The notes under the pieces: model-generated | What the model was told of the DNA's origin: nothing | Database searches by the model: none | The model's input: the letters and a program-made list of their open reading frames with translations, nothing else | Program-made: the position numbers and the translations under genes | In this document: positions 13,422-25,700 of the stretch, one piece after another | How the letters are laid out: the number at the start of each line of letters is the position of its first letter | Position numbering within the stretch: the stretch's first letter is position 1 | Source of the DNA: Mobula birostris | Lineage: Eukaryota | Direction of reading: 5' to 3' | NCBI RefSeq assembly: GCF_030028105.1 | Contig: NC_092374.1 | Span: 178,770,057 to 178,834,056 of the forward strand | DNA: 64,000 nt

Positions 13422-15367
13422 CAGCCTTTCTCAACCTTTTTGCCCTGGAAGAACCCTTGAAATCATTTTCAGGTCTCAGGGAACCCCCTACGTATAAATT
13501 ATTATATCTATAGCTCACGGTATGTTAGTATGATCAGTAAGTTGTGGATATAATCATCCAAAAATAGTTGTCAATGCTCTTTTGAGTAGAGAACCTTTCT
13601 TAGGGAAAAAAAAAGGTAGTTAAACTCAGCTTAGCTTTCTTGAAATTAATCTCTTTGTTTCTCTTCCATAAATTTTAAAACCTCATAAGGCAAACATAAT
13701 AAGTTTCTGTTAAATAAATGGCTTAAGCCAAAATAGGATTTAATTTTTCTAAAGGTAGGCTCGGTAGGTTTAATTTAAATAAAAGTTGTAAATTGATTTT
13801 AATTAATGCCATTTACAACATGAAAATTTATTGACAATGTTAAATAGTAAAGTTACTAAAAACTACGAGCCAAAGCAAAATGAATAAAATTATAGCCTAA
13901 GACATGATTTTATACAAGTTTTTGAAAACACATTTTCTTAGCAAGTGTCATGATCAGGCTCAGACATTGGCCTAGCACGTGTTAAACTCTCTGCTTGTTG
14001 TTTGTCACAGACTAGGCACAATGGATTAGGACAACTTTGATCACCAGTCCATGTAAAACCCATTGATAAGCAGATTTTATTGTAAGGATGACTTTTTTGT
14101 GTCTGTTGTTGCACTAGTGCAGTGAAATGACTCAGAAGATTGTAACCTTAGCAGAATTGTCCATAAGCCTAGATCTGGAATCTTCTATCTCACACCTCCT
14201 CTTCAAAAAATCACCACATTGGACCACCTTTAGAATGAAAATTTCCCTCCAACTTTCGACTACAAACTGGGAGAGTTTGTTCACTCCCATAAGTCAGTTG
14301 GTGGCATGTAAGGGGAAGTAATTCAGGAGGGAGAGGCTGACGTCACAACCCAAGTTGGGTGAGTCTATTGAATGCTCAGAAAACACACTTCATGCTCCTC
14401 GTCAGCCTATCATCTTCCCCTCTGTGCAATATAGTGCTCACCAATTATCAACAGCCTTCCCTATCTCACTGAGAATGGTCTCAACTAAATAAACATGGCC
14501 CAATTGCGCACTGCTATACCGAGCTAAGAGACCTCTAACGAGTCGTAAACACAGAATAATCTGCAGATGCTGGGATCAAAGCAACACTTTCAGTACGCTG
14601 GATGAACTCAGCAGGTCGGGCAGCATCAGTTAGAAACGATGAGTCGACGTTTCGGGCCAGAACCCTTCAACAGGACTGAAGAATGAAAGATGGGGAAGGA
14701 TTTGAAGAATGCTTGTAGCTTCAGTTGAAAGACCAGTAATTTGAAAGACAAAGGGGTGGGGGAGGGGAAGCATTTATGTCATAGCCCTGAAAACAATGGG
14801 TAGTAGAAGATGGAGGCGGAACCATGAGGGAGCTGGGGGAGGGGGGTAGAGTGAAATAGGGAAGGAGGAAGGGAGGGGGAGGGAATTACCGGAAGTTGGA
14901 GAATTCTATGTTCATATCAAGGGGCTGGAGACTACCCAGACTGTATATGAGGTGTTGCTCCTCCAACCTGAGTCTAGCCTCATCATGGCAGTAGAGAAGG
15001 CCATGTATGGACATATCTGAATGGGAATGGGAAGCAGAATTGAAATGGGTGGCTGCCGGGAGATCCTGTCTGTTGTGGTGGACAGAGTGGAGGTGCTCGA
15101 TGAAGCGGTCCCCCAATCTGCGTCGGGTTTCACTGATGCAGAGGAGGCCGCATCGGGAGCACCGGATGCAATAGATGACCCCAACAGACTGACAAGTGAA
15201 GTGTTGTCTCACTAGACCTCTAACGAGATTGCTAATGGGGCTGCTTGGTCACTGCCCACCACTCTGAGTGCTAGCATCGTGCAAAGTTAAAAAAATACGA
15301 TTTTTTTTAATGACAACCTCGTGGAATCCCTAGCCATCTCTCGCAGAACCTCAGTTGAGAAACCCTG
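13422..15367. mobile_element. hAT (Charlie-like) DNA transposon, non-autonomous
   Basis: TIRs CAGCCTTTCTCAAC (13422) and GTTGAGAAACCCTG (ending 15367). 8-bp TSD ATGTAAAC (13414-13421) / ATGTGAAC (15368-15375). Confidence 0.85.
14543..15213 (-). mobile_element. 5'-truncated Penelope-like insertion with 14-bp TSD
   Basis: GIY-YIG ORF 14886-15212. The direct repeat AGACCTCTAACGAG occurs at 14529-14542 and 15214-15227. Confidence 0.9.
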
Positions 15368-16069
15368 ATGTGAACTGTGTTAAGGATCAGAGAAGAACTC
15401 TCTTGGCAAGTAGAACAGTTAGCACTTAACCATTAGATGTTCCAGTGTTGGGGAACAAGACTGCAGCAAGATCGCTGCATCCCAGCACCACAAAGAGTTT
15501 ATCATGAAGCACAGACACCCACCTTTTGCCTTCTCTGAATCAGCAGTCTGGTCCATCCTATGTACATGGAGCCCTCAGGTCTGATCACTGAATCCAGCAT
15601 GTCTGGAGTGAGCCATGTCTCCATGAAACACAGAATACAGAAATTCCTCATTTCCCTCTGATACAGCAATCTTGCCCTTAGGTTCTCAACCTTGTTCTGC
15701 AGCAACTGTACGTTTGCTAACAAGATACTTGGTAGAGAAAGTTTCATGCCCTAGTGTTTTAGTTTGGCTTGGAGTCCTCCCTGCCTCCCTCTCTTAAGGC
15801 CATGGTGATGTATCCTTGTCTGCTTAAAGGTCCCATATGTGCATTCTTGAGAGTTAAGTCTGCCAAATCCTTCAGAAGATCATGAAATCGCTAGTTTATC
15901 AAGATGGTTCAAAAGTGCATTACTTTAAGGGAAATTACAGGCTGCAGATTGCAGTGAAACTAGTTCAGAAGAAGTATATTTAGAGGTTTTGTAAGATGCC
16001 CTCAAAACATTGACATCTTGAGACATCAGTCAGGATGCTGTCCACCATTTATCTATAGGAATTTCCAAG

Positions 16070-17700
16070 AGGTTTTGGTGACATACCAAATTGCTTCAAA
16101 TGCCTAACGAAATAGAACAACTGGTATGCTTTCTTCAGATTATATCAATGTGTTGGGCTCAGGATAGATGCTCCAAGATGTTGAGACCCACAACTTTAAA
16201 AATGTTCACCCTTTCTACTACTACCCCTCAATGAGGACTGATGTGTGTTCTGCTGACTTCCCCATCCTGAAGTTCTCAAAATCAATTTATTAATCTTGCT
16301 AAATTGAGTGTAAGAGTGTTGTGGTGACACCACTCAACCAACCCAATATTTCACTCCTGTATGCCTCCGCCAGGACATCCAAAATTTACTAACAGCAGCA
16401 AAATTATAGAGGGTGTTTGAGCTGTGACCAGCCGCAGTCATAACTGTAGAGCAATGGGCTAACCACGTATCCTTGAGGATTGACAGTGTTCACTGTCAAC
16501 AAAGAAGAGATGTTATTATCAATCCATGCCAGCTATAGTCTCCTGATGAGGAAGTCTAGTATCCAGTTGCAGAGGTAGGTACAGTAGCCAGGGTTTTGAA
16601 CTCATTTATTAGTACAGAGAGGATGATGGTGTTGAAAGTTGAGTTGTAGTTAATAAAACTGCAGCCTAACATATGTATTGCTGTTTTCTGGGTGCTCCAA
16701 AACCAAGACAGTGAGGCTGCATCTACTGTAAATCAGTCGGTGAATTGGCAGGAAGTCCAGATCCTCAGGAAGCAGTTAGCTCTACCTATAACCAACCAAG
16801 CATAGTATGGCTATCTCCCCTCTATGTTTCCAGTCTAAAAGTAATATTTGGCCTGAAAAGATGACTGTCCATTTCCTTCCATAGCTGCTGTCTGACCCTG
16901 TTCATTTCCTCCAGTATTTTGTGTGCTGCTCCAGATTCAAGAAACTGTAGTCTCTTGTGTCTTTTCAGTTAACTAAAAAGGCAGGGACAGCATGAGATTA
17001 AGGGTCCTTGAAAGTGAGTCCATAGGTTATTAAACTGTGAAATTATTCCCTCCGGTTCAAGAACCTGATGGTTGAGGGGTAACAACTCTGGTGTAGGTTC
17101 GGAGGCTCCAATACCTTCTTCCTGATGGCATCAGCAACAACAGGGCATGTCGTGGGTGGTAGGGGTCCTTGGTGATGGATGCTGCTTTTTTGCAGCAGCA
17201 CTCCATGTAGATATGCTCAATGGTGGAGAATGCTTTACTCATGATGGACTGGACTGTATCCATTATTTTTGTAGGTTTTTCTGTTCGGGGCATCAGTGCT
17301 TCCATACCACACCACACCCTCCACCACACATCTGTAGAAGTTGGTCAAAGTTTTATGAGTCATGCCTAACCTTTGCAGACTTATAAGGAAGTAGAGGTGC
17401 TGCCCTGCTTTCTTAGTAATGGCACTTATGTTCTGAGCCCAGGACATTTCTTCTGAAATGATAAAATTAAGGAATTTAAAATTGCTGACTATCTCCACCT
17501 TTGATTCCCCAATGATGACTAGCTCATGGACCTCCACAGTCTTCTCCTTAAGTCAATAATCAGATCCTTGGTCTTGCTGACATTGAGTGAGAGGTTGCTG
17601 TTGTGGCACCTCTCAGCCAGATTTTCAATCTCCCTCCTATATGCTGATTCACCACCGACTTTGAATCAGCCAATGACAGTGGTGTCATCAGCAAACATAA
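16070..17700 (-). mobile_element. Two degenerate Rex1/Babar LINE fragments (about 16070-16800 and 16990-17700)
   Basis: Reverse-complement matches to ADDTT / NNLSLNV / KELIIDFRR and the C-terminal [13 protein letters not shown] region. Confidence 0.75.
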
Positions 17701-17722
17701 ATATGATTGGAAATTTGGATAT

Positions 17723-18004
17723 TGTTTTGGGTCTCAGATTCTTCTTTGGAATGTGAAAAGAGAGAAAGAAGCAAGTTAAAGGCAGAGAAGGTGGGGTAGG
17801 GTGGGATGTTATAGAGTCACACAGCTTGGGAACAGGCCACTCGGCCCTCTGTGTCTATGCTGACCAGTGTGCCTGTCTCTATTAATCCCATTATGCAGCA
17901 TAGTCAATGACTCTATAACATCCCACCCTACCCCACCTTCTCTGCCTTTAACTTGTTTCTTTCTCTCTTTTCACATTCCACTGAAGGATCTGAGACCCAA
18001 AACA
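17723..18004. repeat. Fold-back: 97-bp inverted repeat with 88-bp spacer
   Basis: 17723-17819 is the reverse complement of 17908-18004, with 4 mismatches counted by eye. The right arm runs into a Penelope-type tail. Confidence 0.92.
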
Positions 18005-18201
18005 TTATGGTGTTTCTCTCTCCACAGACACTAGCTGGCCTACTGGGTGTTTACAAAATTTTCTGATTTTATTTCACTGCTTTTCCCACACAAAAGCCGC
18101 AGGTTCATGGACAAAACAAACAGCTGGAGTAGCAAGGGAGCACCTGAAGGAAAGGAATGGTGCAGGAGAGCAGTCATGTCTGAGCTCTTTCATTCACAGG
18201 T

Positions 18202-18207
18202 TTTATT
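18202..18207 (-). terminator. Candidate polyadenylation signal (AATAAA) of the MHC class I gene
   Basis: AATAAA at the end of an AT-rich non-repeat stretch about 1.5 kb past the stop. Other AATAAA hexamers exist nearby, so this is not unique. Confidence 0.4.
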
Positions 18208-19447
18208 GGTATTTGTCACAAAACTGTGGTAAAAATATTTACAGCACATATAATATTACAAAGGCATGGACCATAATGGTAACCCAGACAATGCACCATA
18301 AAATTAGCATTTAGATTTACAGGTCTGTTGCAGCTCAAACCTGACATAACAATGTTCTTTTTTAAGAGACGATGCTAATCAGTCTCTTCCAGCTAATCCA
18401 GCACAGCATTGTGGGCCGAAGGGCCTGTATTGTGCTGTAAGTTTTCTATCTTCCTGAATTGCTGGAAGTGGACTCTGGATAAAATGTCAGAGCAATGAAC
18501 CCAGGGCCATTATAGCACAGGGTCATTTGGTCGGTCAGATCTCTATATCCTGAGACATCAGGTTGATGGAGTCACTTGGCACAGTCTGTGTGCAGGTTGC
18601 ATAGTCTTCCTGTGACTGGCTGGGTTTCCACTGGGTGCTCCAGTTTTCCTCCACATCTTGAAGATACCTGGGCTTGTAGGTTTATTGGCCAGAATAAATT
18701 GTCTCCAGTGCATAGGTAAATTGTAGAATTTGAGGGGAAGTTGCAGGGGTGTGGGAAGGGTAAATAAATTGAGTGGTGGAATCCAGGGGTAGTTGATGGG
18801 AATGTGGGAGAATATTGAGGAGGTTGTTGTGTAAATGGGCACTTGATGGGCTTCCATGTTTTGAGACTATGATCACAGCTGGACACTTCTGACCTTCGAA
18901 CATAAAAGGTGAGCAAATAGTAAATCTAATTCAGAATTAATCTTTGTGTTCTGTAATTCATTCCTCTTCCTGATTACACACTGCCAGTCAACCAGCGCAA
19001 CTTAAGCGGAGTCTCTGATCAGACGCTTCACGACACAAGCACTTTCCCTTTCTCACCACTGCAGTCTGCTTCTTGTGTTGGTATCATTTGTGTTGATTGT
19101 TCGCTACTAGCATCTATAACAGAAAGTCACAAGATGAGTGAAGATTCTGGACAAAGTTTATAATAAAAACTCTTGATGGTAAGAAATAATCCTAAATAAT
19201 CCTACATGCTGTTGTTACGCATACACACAAAGTCTACACAGGGCCACTGTCCCACAAGAGGTGTAGGGCTTGGGGGGATTAGGCTGATGGCATGAAATTG
19301 GAGCTAGTTGAGTGGGCACCATGGTTGCATGGACACAATGCGACAAAGGCCCTATATCCATGCTGAATTACCCTGTGATTCTAAACACTTCATGCTTATC
19401 CTTGGTCCCTGTGCATTAAAACCATGTTATTTGCCGCGGTGTTCATA

Positions 19448-19636
19448 AGCTGTGTACATACATCTGCTGATGCCTCTGGACACAACCTCAGTGATGTTCC
19501 TGGAATCATCGGGTGTTTCGGGACTTTCAACATCATACACCCTCCTCCAGGTGACCCAGCCAGGGATGATCAGACCCCAGCTTGTGTCCAGATGGCTAGC
19601 TACTTATGACTCCATGGCTCCCCTCTTTTGAGCCAC
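19448..19636 (-). mobile_element. 3' terminal fragment (189 bp) of a HERO-like RLE retrotransposon in the putative MHC 3' UTR
   Basis: Near-identical to 35564-35752 in reverse orientation; both end at ...TGTATGTACACAGCT. Confidence 0.9.
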
Positions 19637-19695
19637 GATTTGTTCCTGTGGGATTTGAGAATGAAATTAGCAATATCTCCCTTGAGTGTGGTATT

Positions 19696-19769
19696 TCAGA
19701 CATTGGAGTAGGGGATGATCTTAATACAAAGACTGTAAAGTTTCCTGTTATTCCATCTGTGGTATACAG
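19696..19769 (-). CDS. MHC-I: MHC class I terminal coding exon ([24 protein letters not shown])
   Basis: Acceptor ttacttttcctgccag, phase 1, TGA at 19696-19698. The preceding 108-nt intron is in frame and has no stop codon. Confidence 0.6.
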
Positions 19770-22700
19770 CTGGCAGGAAAAGTAACGGGATAGAATCTTG
19801 AATCACATACAATGGGATGCCACACCCATACTGGCAATACCCTACAGAGTACAGCATATTGGCATTTTGATACTGACCTGATTTAAATATCGTCCCCGTG
19901 GATTCTAAACAAAGAAAGATGCACACATTAGCTGTTGAGAAATACCACCAACAAAATATTTCAGAGGCTTCTTTTGAACTTCTTAAAACATTTTCATTTA
20001 AGAGTGACCAAAGGTAGCTCAACAACAATGTCACATCAATGCGGTATGGTTCGTGAAATGCCTTTGGTCACAATTTACAAGAAGGCATCCTTGAGGACTA
20101 ATCATATCCAGAGCAGATGGTCAGAGGATAAGGGAGGCTGGGCCATCCGACGGATGCGAGAGGGAGCACCGGGCCGCCGGACAGGGGTGAGAGGGAGTGC
20201 CTGGCTGTTGGACGGGGGCGAGAGCCAGCACCAGGCCACTGGACAGGGACGAGAGGGAACGCTGGGCCACTGGACAGGGGCCAGAGGGAGCACTGGGCCG
20301 TCAGACAGGATGGAGAGCAAGAGCCAGCACAGGGCCCCCGGATGGGGAAAAGGAGGAGTGCTGCACAACACTTTCTTGCAATAAGTTTATGAGACTGTAC
20401 ACAGATCTCCCAGCCACTTGTTGCTTCTTTGGGCTGGAAGGCACAATGTCCACATGCACATAGACTGTGTGTAGCTGCAGTCCCAATTCACATATCTGAG
20501 GGAGCTTCTCCTCGCCTTCTGGTTGGATTTAAGCTCCACCCTCTTTGTATTTGGTCAGCTAGTGCAGGGGGACACAGGACAGGAAGAGGATGCCTGGTTA
20601 ACTTGTTCCTTGGGTTGGCCAAGTTAAATATCACAGGATCCTGGAGGCAGGTAGCTGAGGGCTCCATCCGGGCTGCCTGCCTGGCAATCCACCAGGGGTA
20701 CATTCACACCCAGGTATCCATGCAGAAATAAGATGCAATGCCCACGGGCACCATCTAGTTAGTCCAGAAACATATGTCCCCACAGGGCATACATTGCATT
20801 CTAGACGAGGATGTGAATATTTTAATTTAATTGGTCTTCATCAATTGTTGTTGCTTAGTGTTTTGTTGCAGAGTTGTAGCATTGTGGTTCTTGAAATAAA
20901 TTTATTTTTGTAAAGAAAATGAGGATGTGCTGCTAGAAAAGGAAATAAGAGAGTGCTTGATGGTTAGTCGGGATTTGGAGAATGAATGGCCTGTCCCTCG
21001 TGATAGACTATTGATCATCATCTCTGCCTGATCTCTGTTCAGTTCTGCAGCCTACAATTTCACTGCTGACATCTCAGCACATAGGCCAAGAGGTGCTTCG
21101 GGTGAATCAAACCTTGCAACTGTGAGCGACCCATTCATGAGCTTGGCATGAAAACTGAAGTACACCACTCAGTCTTACCTCTGCTTGAGCAGATGCATTT
21201 TATCACTCCTTTACTGTACATCAGCCAGATGCAAACAGCTCCCACAGCACTGATAACTACCAGCAGGTTGAGGATAATCAGCCATATAGTTACTCCACTG
21301 TCTGGCTCTAATGAAGCAAGGAGAGAATTGTTACCAGATCACTGTGCAGTGAGCATCAGTCCACCTGCACTTTTCCCATGCCTTACACAAGGCTCCCCCT
21401 ATTCCTTACAAATAGTAGAATAATTGCAGCATAGATTAAGGCCATTCCATATCAGGTCAAAGGAAGGACATTCTGGCCAGTGCCTCTCCGCACAGACTGT
21501 TAGGACAGGTTTGAGTGAAAGTTCAAAGTAAATTTATTATCAGAGTATACATATTCTACCTAGAGACACAATATACTACATTGAGATACAAGTTCCTGCA
21601 GGCATTCACAGTAAAACATAGAAATACAGTACAGTCAATGAAAAGCTACACACAAAGAGTGGCGAACAGCCAATGTGTAAAAGAAGGCAACGGTAAAAAT
21701 AAAAAAAGCAAGTAAAGAGTAATGAGAACATGAGCTCTACAGTCCTTGGAAGTGAGACCATAGGTTGTAGAAATAGTTCAGAGTTCAGGTGATTGAAGTT
21801 AACCATGCTGGTTCAATAGCCTGATGGTGTAGGGAATAACTGATCCTGTCCCTGTTGGTTTGGGACCAATAGCTCCTATACCTCCTCCCCAATGATAGCA
21901 GTGAGAAGAGAGCATGACCTGAAGGGAGGAGGGGGGTGGAGGGGGGGGGTCCTTGATGATAGATTCTGCTTTCTTGTGGAAGCTCTCCTTGTAGATGTGC
22001 TCAATGGTGGAAAGGGCTTTGTCTATGATAGACTGTGATACATCTGGTGCTGTTGGGAAGCAGCACCATCATCAGTACCACTGTGCCTTCCCTTGCAAGC
22101 CTGTTATCTAGCAGTTCAGGGACATCTTCGAACAGATCATAAGGAGAAGCAACCTACCATCCTGATCTCCATACCTGCCCACACATACCTGACCCCTGAC
22201 CTTACTACCCAGTCTCTTTTCTTTCTTTTTAAATCTTTTTATTAATTTTTCAAAATTATAAACTCAATAACAAAGTTGGTACAAAGAGATTGGGATAATG
22301 TTCATCAGCATATATAAAATGAATTTTAAGTATCATAGATATAAAAGACTTTCAAACTCATAATGAGATTAATCATTAAAAAAAGAAATAAAAAGAAAAA
22401 AAATATATATAAACAAAAAAAAACCCAAAAGAAAAAGAGAAAAAAAACCCAAAAAAAGCAAAACAGGGCTAGACCAACAGCTTGTATCAGACATGTTCAC
22501 TAATGTCTTCAACTCCTCTCCTCTCATATAATTTAAGTTTAGAAAAAAGATTCGGAAAGGTCAGATTACATCATATGAAAATGTTGCATAAAAGGTTTCC
22601 AAGTTTCTTCAAATTTAACCGAAGGGTCAAAAATATCACTTCTAATTTTTTCTAAATTTAAACTTAATATGGTTTGAGAAAACCATTGGAATGTAGTTGG

Positions 22701-25700
22701 AGGGTTAGTTTCCTTCCAGTTCAACAAAATAGATCTTCTCACCATTAAAGTAACAAAAGCTATCATTCGACAGGCTGAAGAAGACAAAGATCTATGTTCT
22801 ACCATTGGCAATCCAAAGATTGCCGTAATCGGATGGGGTTTTAAATCAAAGCATAGAACTGTTGAAATAATATCAAAAATGTCTTTCCAATATTTTTCCA
22901 AAAGAGGACAGGACCAAAACATATGAGTTAAAGTAGCCACTTCAGAGTGACATCTATCACAAGTAGGGCTCTGTGGGAATAAAAATGAGCTAGTTTATCT
23001 TTGGACATATGAGCTCTGAGTACTACTTTAAATTGTATTAATGTATGTTTAGCACATATAGAAGAAGTACTAACTAATTGAAATTTTTTTTCCAATTTCT
23101 CTATAGGTAGGGAAAGTTGAAGCTCCCTTTCCCATTCATTTTTGATTTTATCAGATATATCTGGCTGTAATTTAATAATTATATCATAAATTATTGCTAT
23201 TAATCCCTTCTGCAAAGGATTAAAACCTAAAATTTTATCAAGAATGCCAGAATGATTTGAAGTCAGAAAGGTAGGCAACGTGGTATTTTTAAAATTTCTT
23301 ATTTGTAGGTATCTAAAAAAATGGGATCTAGGCCAATCAAATTTCTCAGATAACTGCTCAAAAGACGTAAAGCAGTTATCCAGAAATAGATCACGAAAAC
23401 ATATTATATCTTTCATTTTCCATATCAGAAAGGCTTGATCCATTACCGAGGGTTGGAAAAAGAAATTAGATATAATAGGGCTTGATAACATAAATTCATT
23501 CAGGCCAAAAAATTTACAAAATTGAAACCATATTCACTATGTTTGTTTAACTATAGGGTTGAAAATTTATTTATTCAATTTAGATAGTGCAAAAGGCAGC
23601 GAAGTTCCTAAAATGGAAGCTAAAGAAAACCCTTGTACAGAATGGCCTTCAAGGTTTACCCAATATGGTCGTGGAGTTATATTCTAATCTTGTGTCCAAA
23701 ATATTAAGTATCGGATATTAATTGCCCAGTAGTAAAATCTTAGGATAGGCAATGCCAAACCACCCTCTTTCTTAGATTTCTGTAAGTATTTTTTACTTAA
23801 TCTGGGATTTCTAGTTTGCCATATATAAGAGGAAATTTTAAAGTCAATAGTATCAAAAAAAGATTTAGGAATAAAAATCGGTATCGCTTGAAATAAATAT
23901 AAAAATTTGGATAAAATCATCATTTTAATAGCATTAATACGGCCAATCAGTGATGGAGACAAAGGGGACCATTTAGTAATCAGTTGTTTAACCTGATTAA
24001 TTAATGGTAAAAGGTTGAAATTGAATAGATCCTTATGTCTCTTAGTAATTTTAACTCCCAAATAAGTAAAATAGTTAGTAATCACTCTAAATGGACAGTT
24101 TCTATAAATGGGAACCTGCATATTTAATGGAAGGAGTTCACACTTACCTAGGTTCTGTTTATAACCAGAAAAACTACTAAACTGAGCAAGCAAAGTTAAT
24201 ACTGCTGGAATAGATTTTCCTGGGTTAGAAGTATGTAATAGTAGATCATCTGCATATAGTGATAATTTATGAGTCTCATTTCCACGGGTAATACCAAATA
24301 TATTAGGAGAGGAACGAATGGCAATAGCTAGTGGTTCCAAGGCAATATCAAATAGTAGTGGACTAAGAGGGCAACCCTGCCTAGTACCACAGAATAAATG
24401 AAAAAAAGGGGATCTTTGATTGTTAGTAAATACCGAGGCCAAAGGGGTAAAATATATCAGTTTAATCCAGGAAATGAATATCGGACTCAAATTAAATTTC
24501 TCAAGGGTATTGAATAAATATATCCATTCAACTCTATCAAAAACTACCCAGTCTCAGTATGGCAGTGGTCTTGGCACTTGAAAACTCCTGGCAGATGGTT
24601 GAGAGCTTCAAATTCCTCAGTGCAAACGTCTCCAACAATCTGGCCAGATCCAGGTACTTTACCACCACAGCCGAAAAAGCACACCAGTGCCTCTGCATCT
24701 CAAAGTTTTAAAAAGTTCAAAGCAAATTTATTATTAAAATCATATATGTCACCATATACCACCCTGAGATTCATTTTCTTGTACACATTCACAGTATGTA
24801 CAGAGAAACGTAATTGGATCAATGAAAATCTGCACACAAAGTGGACAAAGAAAATAAAACAAAAACATTAATAATAATAAATAAATAACACTGGACAACA
24901 AAGATTTTGCTTCCTGAATACTTTTGGGTGTATCTTATGGATTTCAGGCTGCTAATTATGAAAATCACCATGAAATTTCCCTATCACGCACCATTTTTTT
25001 GAGATTGCCCATATTGGTTATTTCAATTCATAATCCAAGTCAGAATAACTAAGGCCCAGATTAAGGAAGGAATTTCTGTTGGCCCACAAATCAAACAGGT
25101 CATCAATGACAGGAAATTTAAAGAACTTCAGTGGAAATGGAGGAAATTGCATGGAAGTCATTCAAGAATGTTGTTGAATTTTTTCTTGGGAACTACAGAG
25201 CACCAAACTACGCGCAGCTGGTTAACAAGATGTCCCAAGCAGATGAAACCATGAAGTGCAACATGTCACTAAAGGTTCACTTCCTGCATTCCCATTTAGA
25301 CTTCTTCCCAGCAAATCTTGGCATTGTCAGTGAGGAGCGTGTTGAAAGGCTTCAGTAGGATATTGTGGACATGGAGAAATCATATCAGGGAACTGGAATC
25401 CATCAGTGCTGGCTGATTATTGCTGGACACTTAACGCAAAGTCTCAGACACTGAGATCAGATGAAAATCATCAGCAAATTGAACTACTGCAAAGTGACAG
25501 CACCATGATGCAATTTAACACATTACATTCAATAAAAGTTAATTTCCAGTTTCTCCAAATTCCTCTGTGATACAAGTAGTCTGAAATTGTATTTGTGTTC
25601 AGTTTCAAGCATAAACAAAAAAAATTCTGAGGAAGCAACGCTTATGAAAAAAATAAATAAGCATCTCAGAGACCATGAAAATTCAGCCTGTCCCCATTGA

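Larger units (their letters stand above)
12537..15850 (-). mobile_element. Degenerate Rex1/Babar LINE (endonuclease to RT) split by a hAT insertion
   Basis: 15502-15747 LPSILLANVQ...ETWLTPD. The endonuclease motif FYLPREF...VYI...ADVKQAL continues across the hAT at 13421/15368. Confidence 0.8.

Noticed and set aside
19905-20034. 5' part of ORF 19696-20034 as a stand-alone 112-aa gene
   Set aside because: It begins in MHC intron 5 and runs through a branch point and polypyrimidine tract; only the part from 19904 down is supported as coding.
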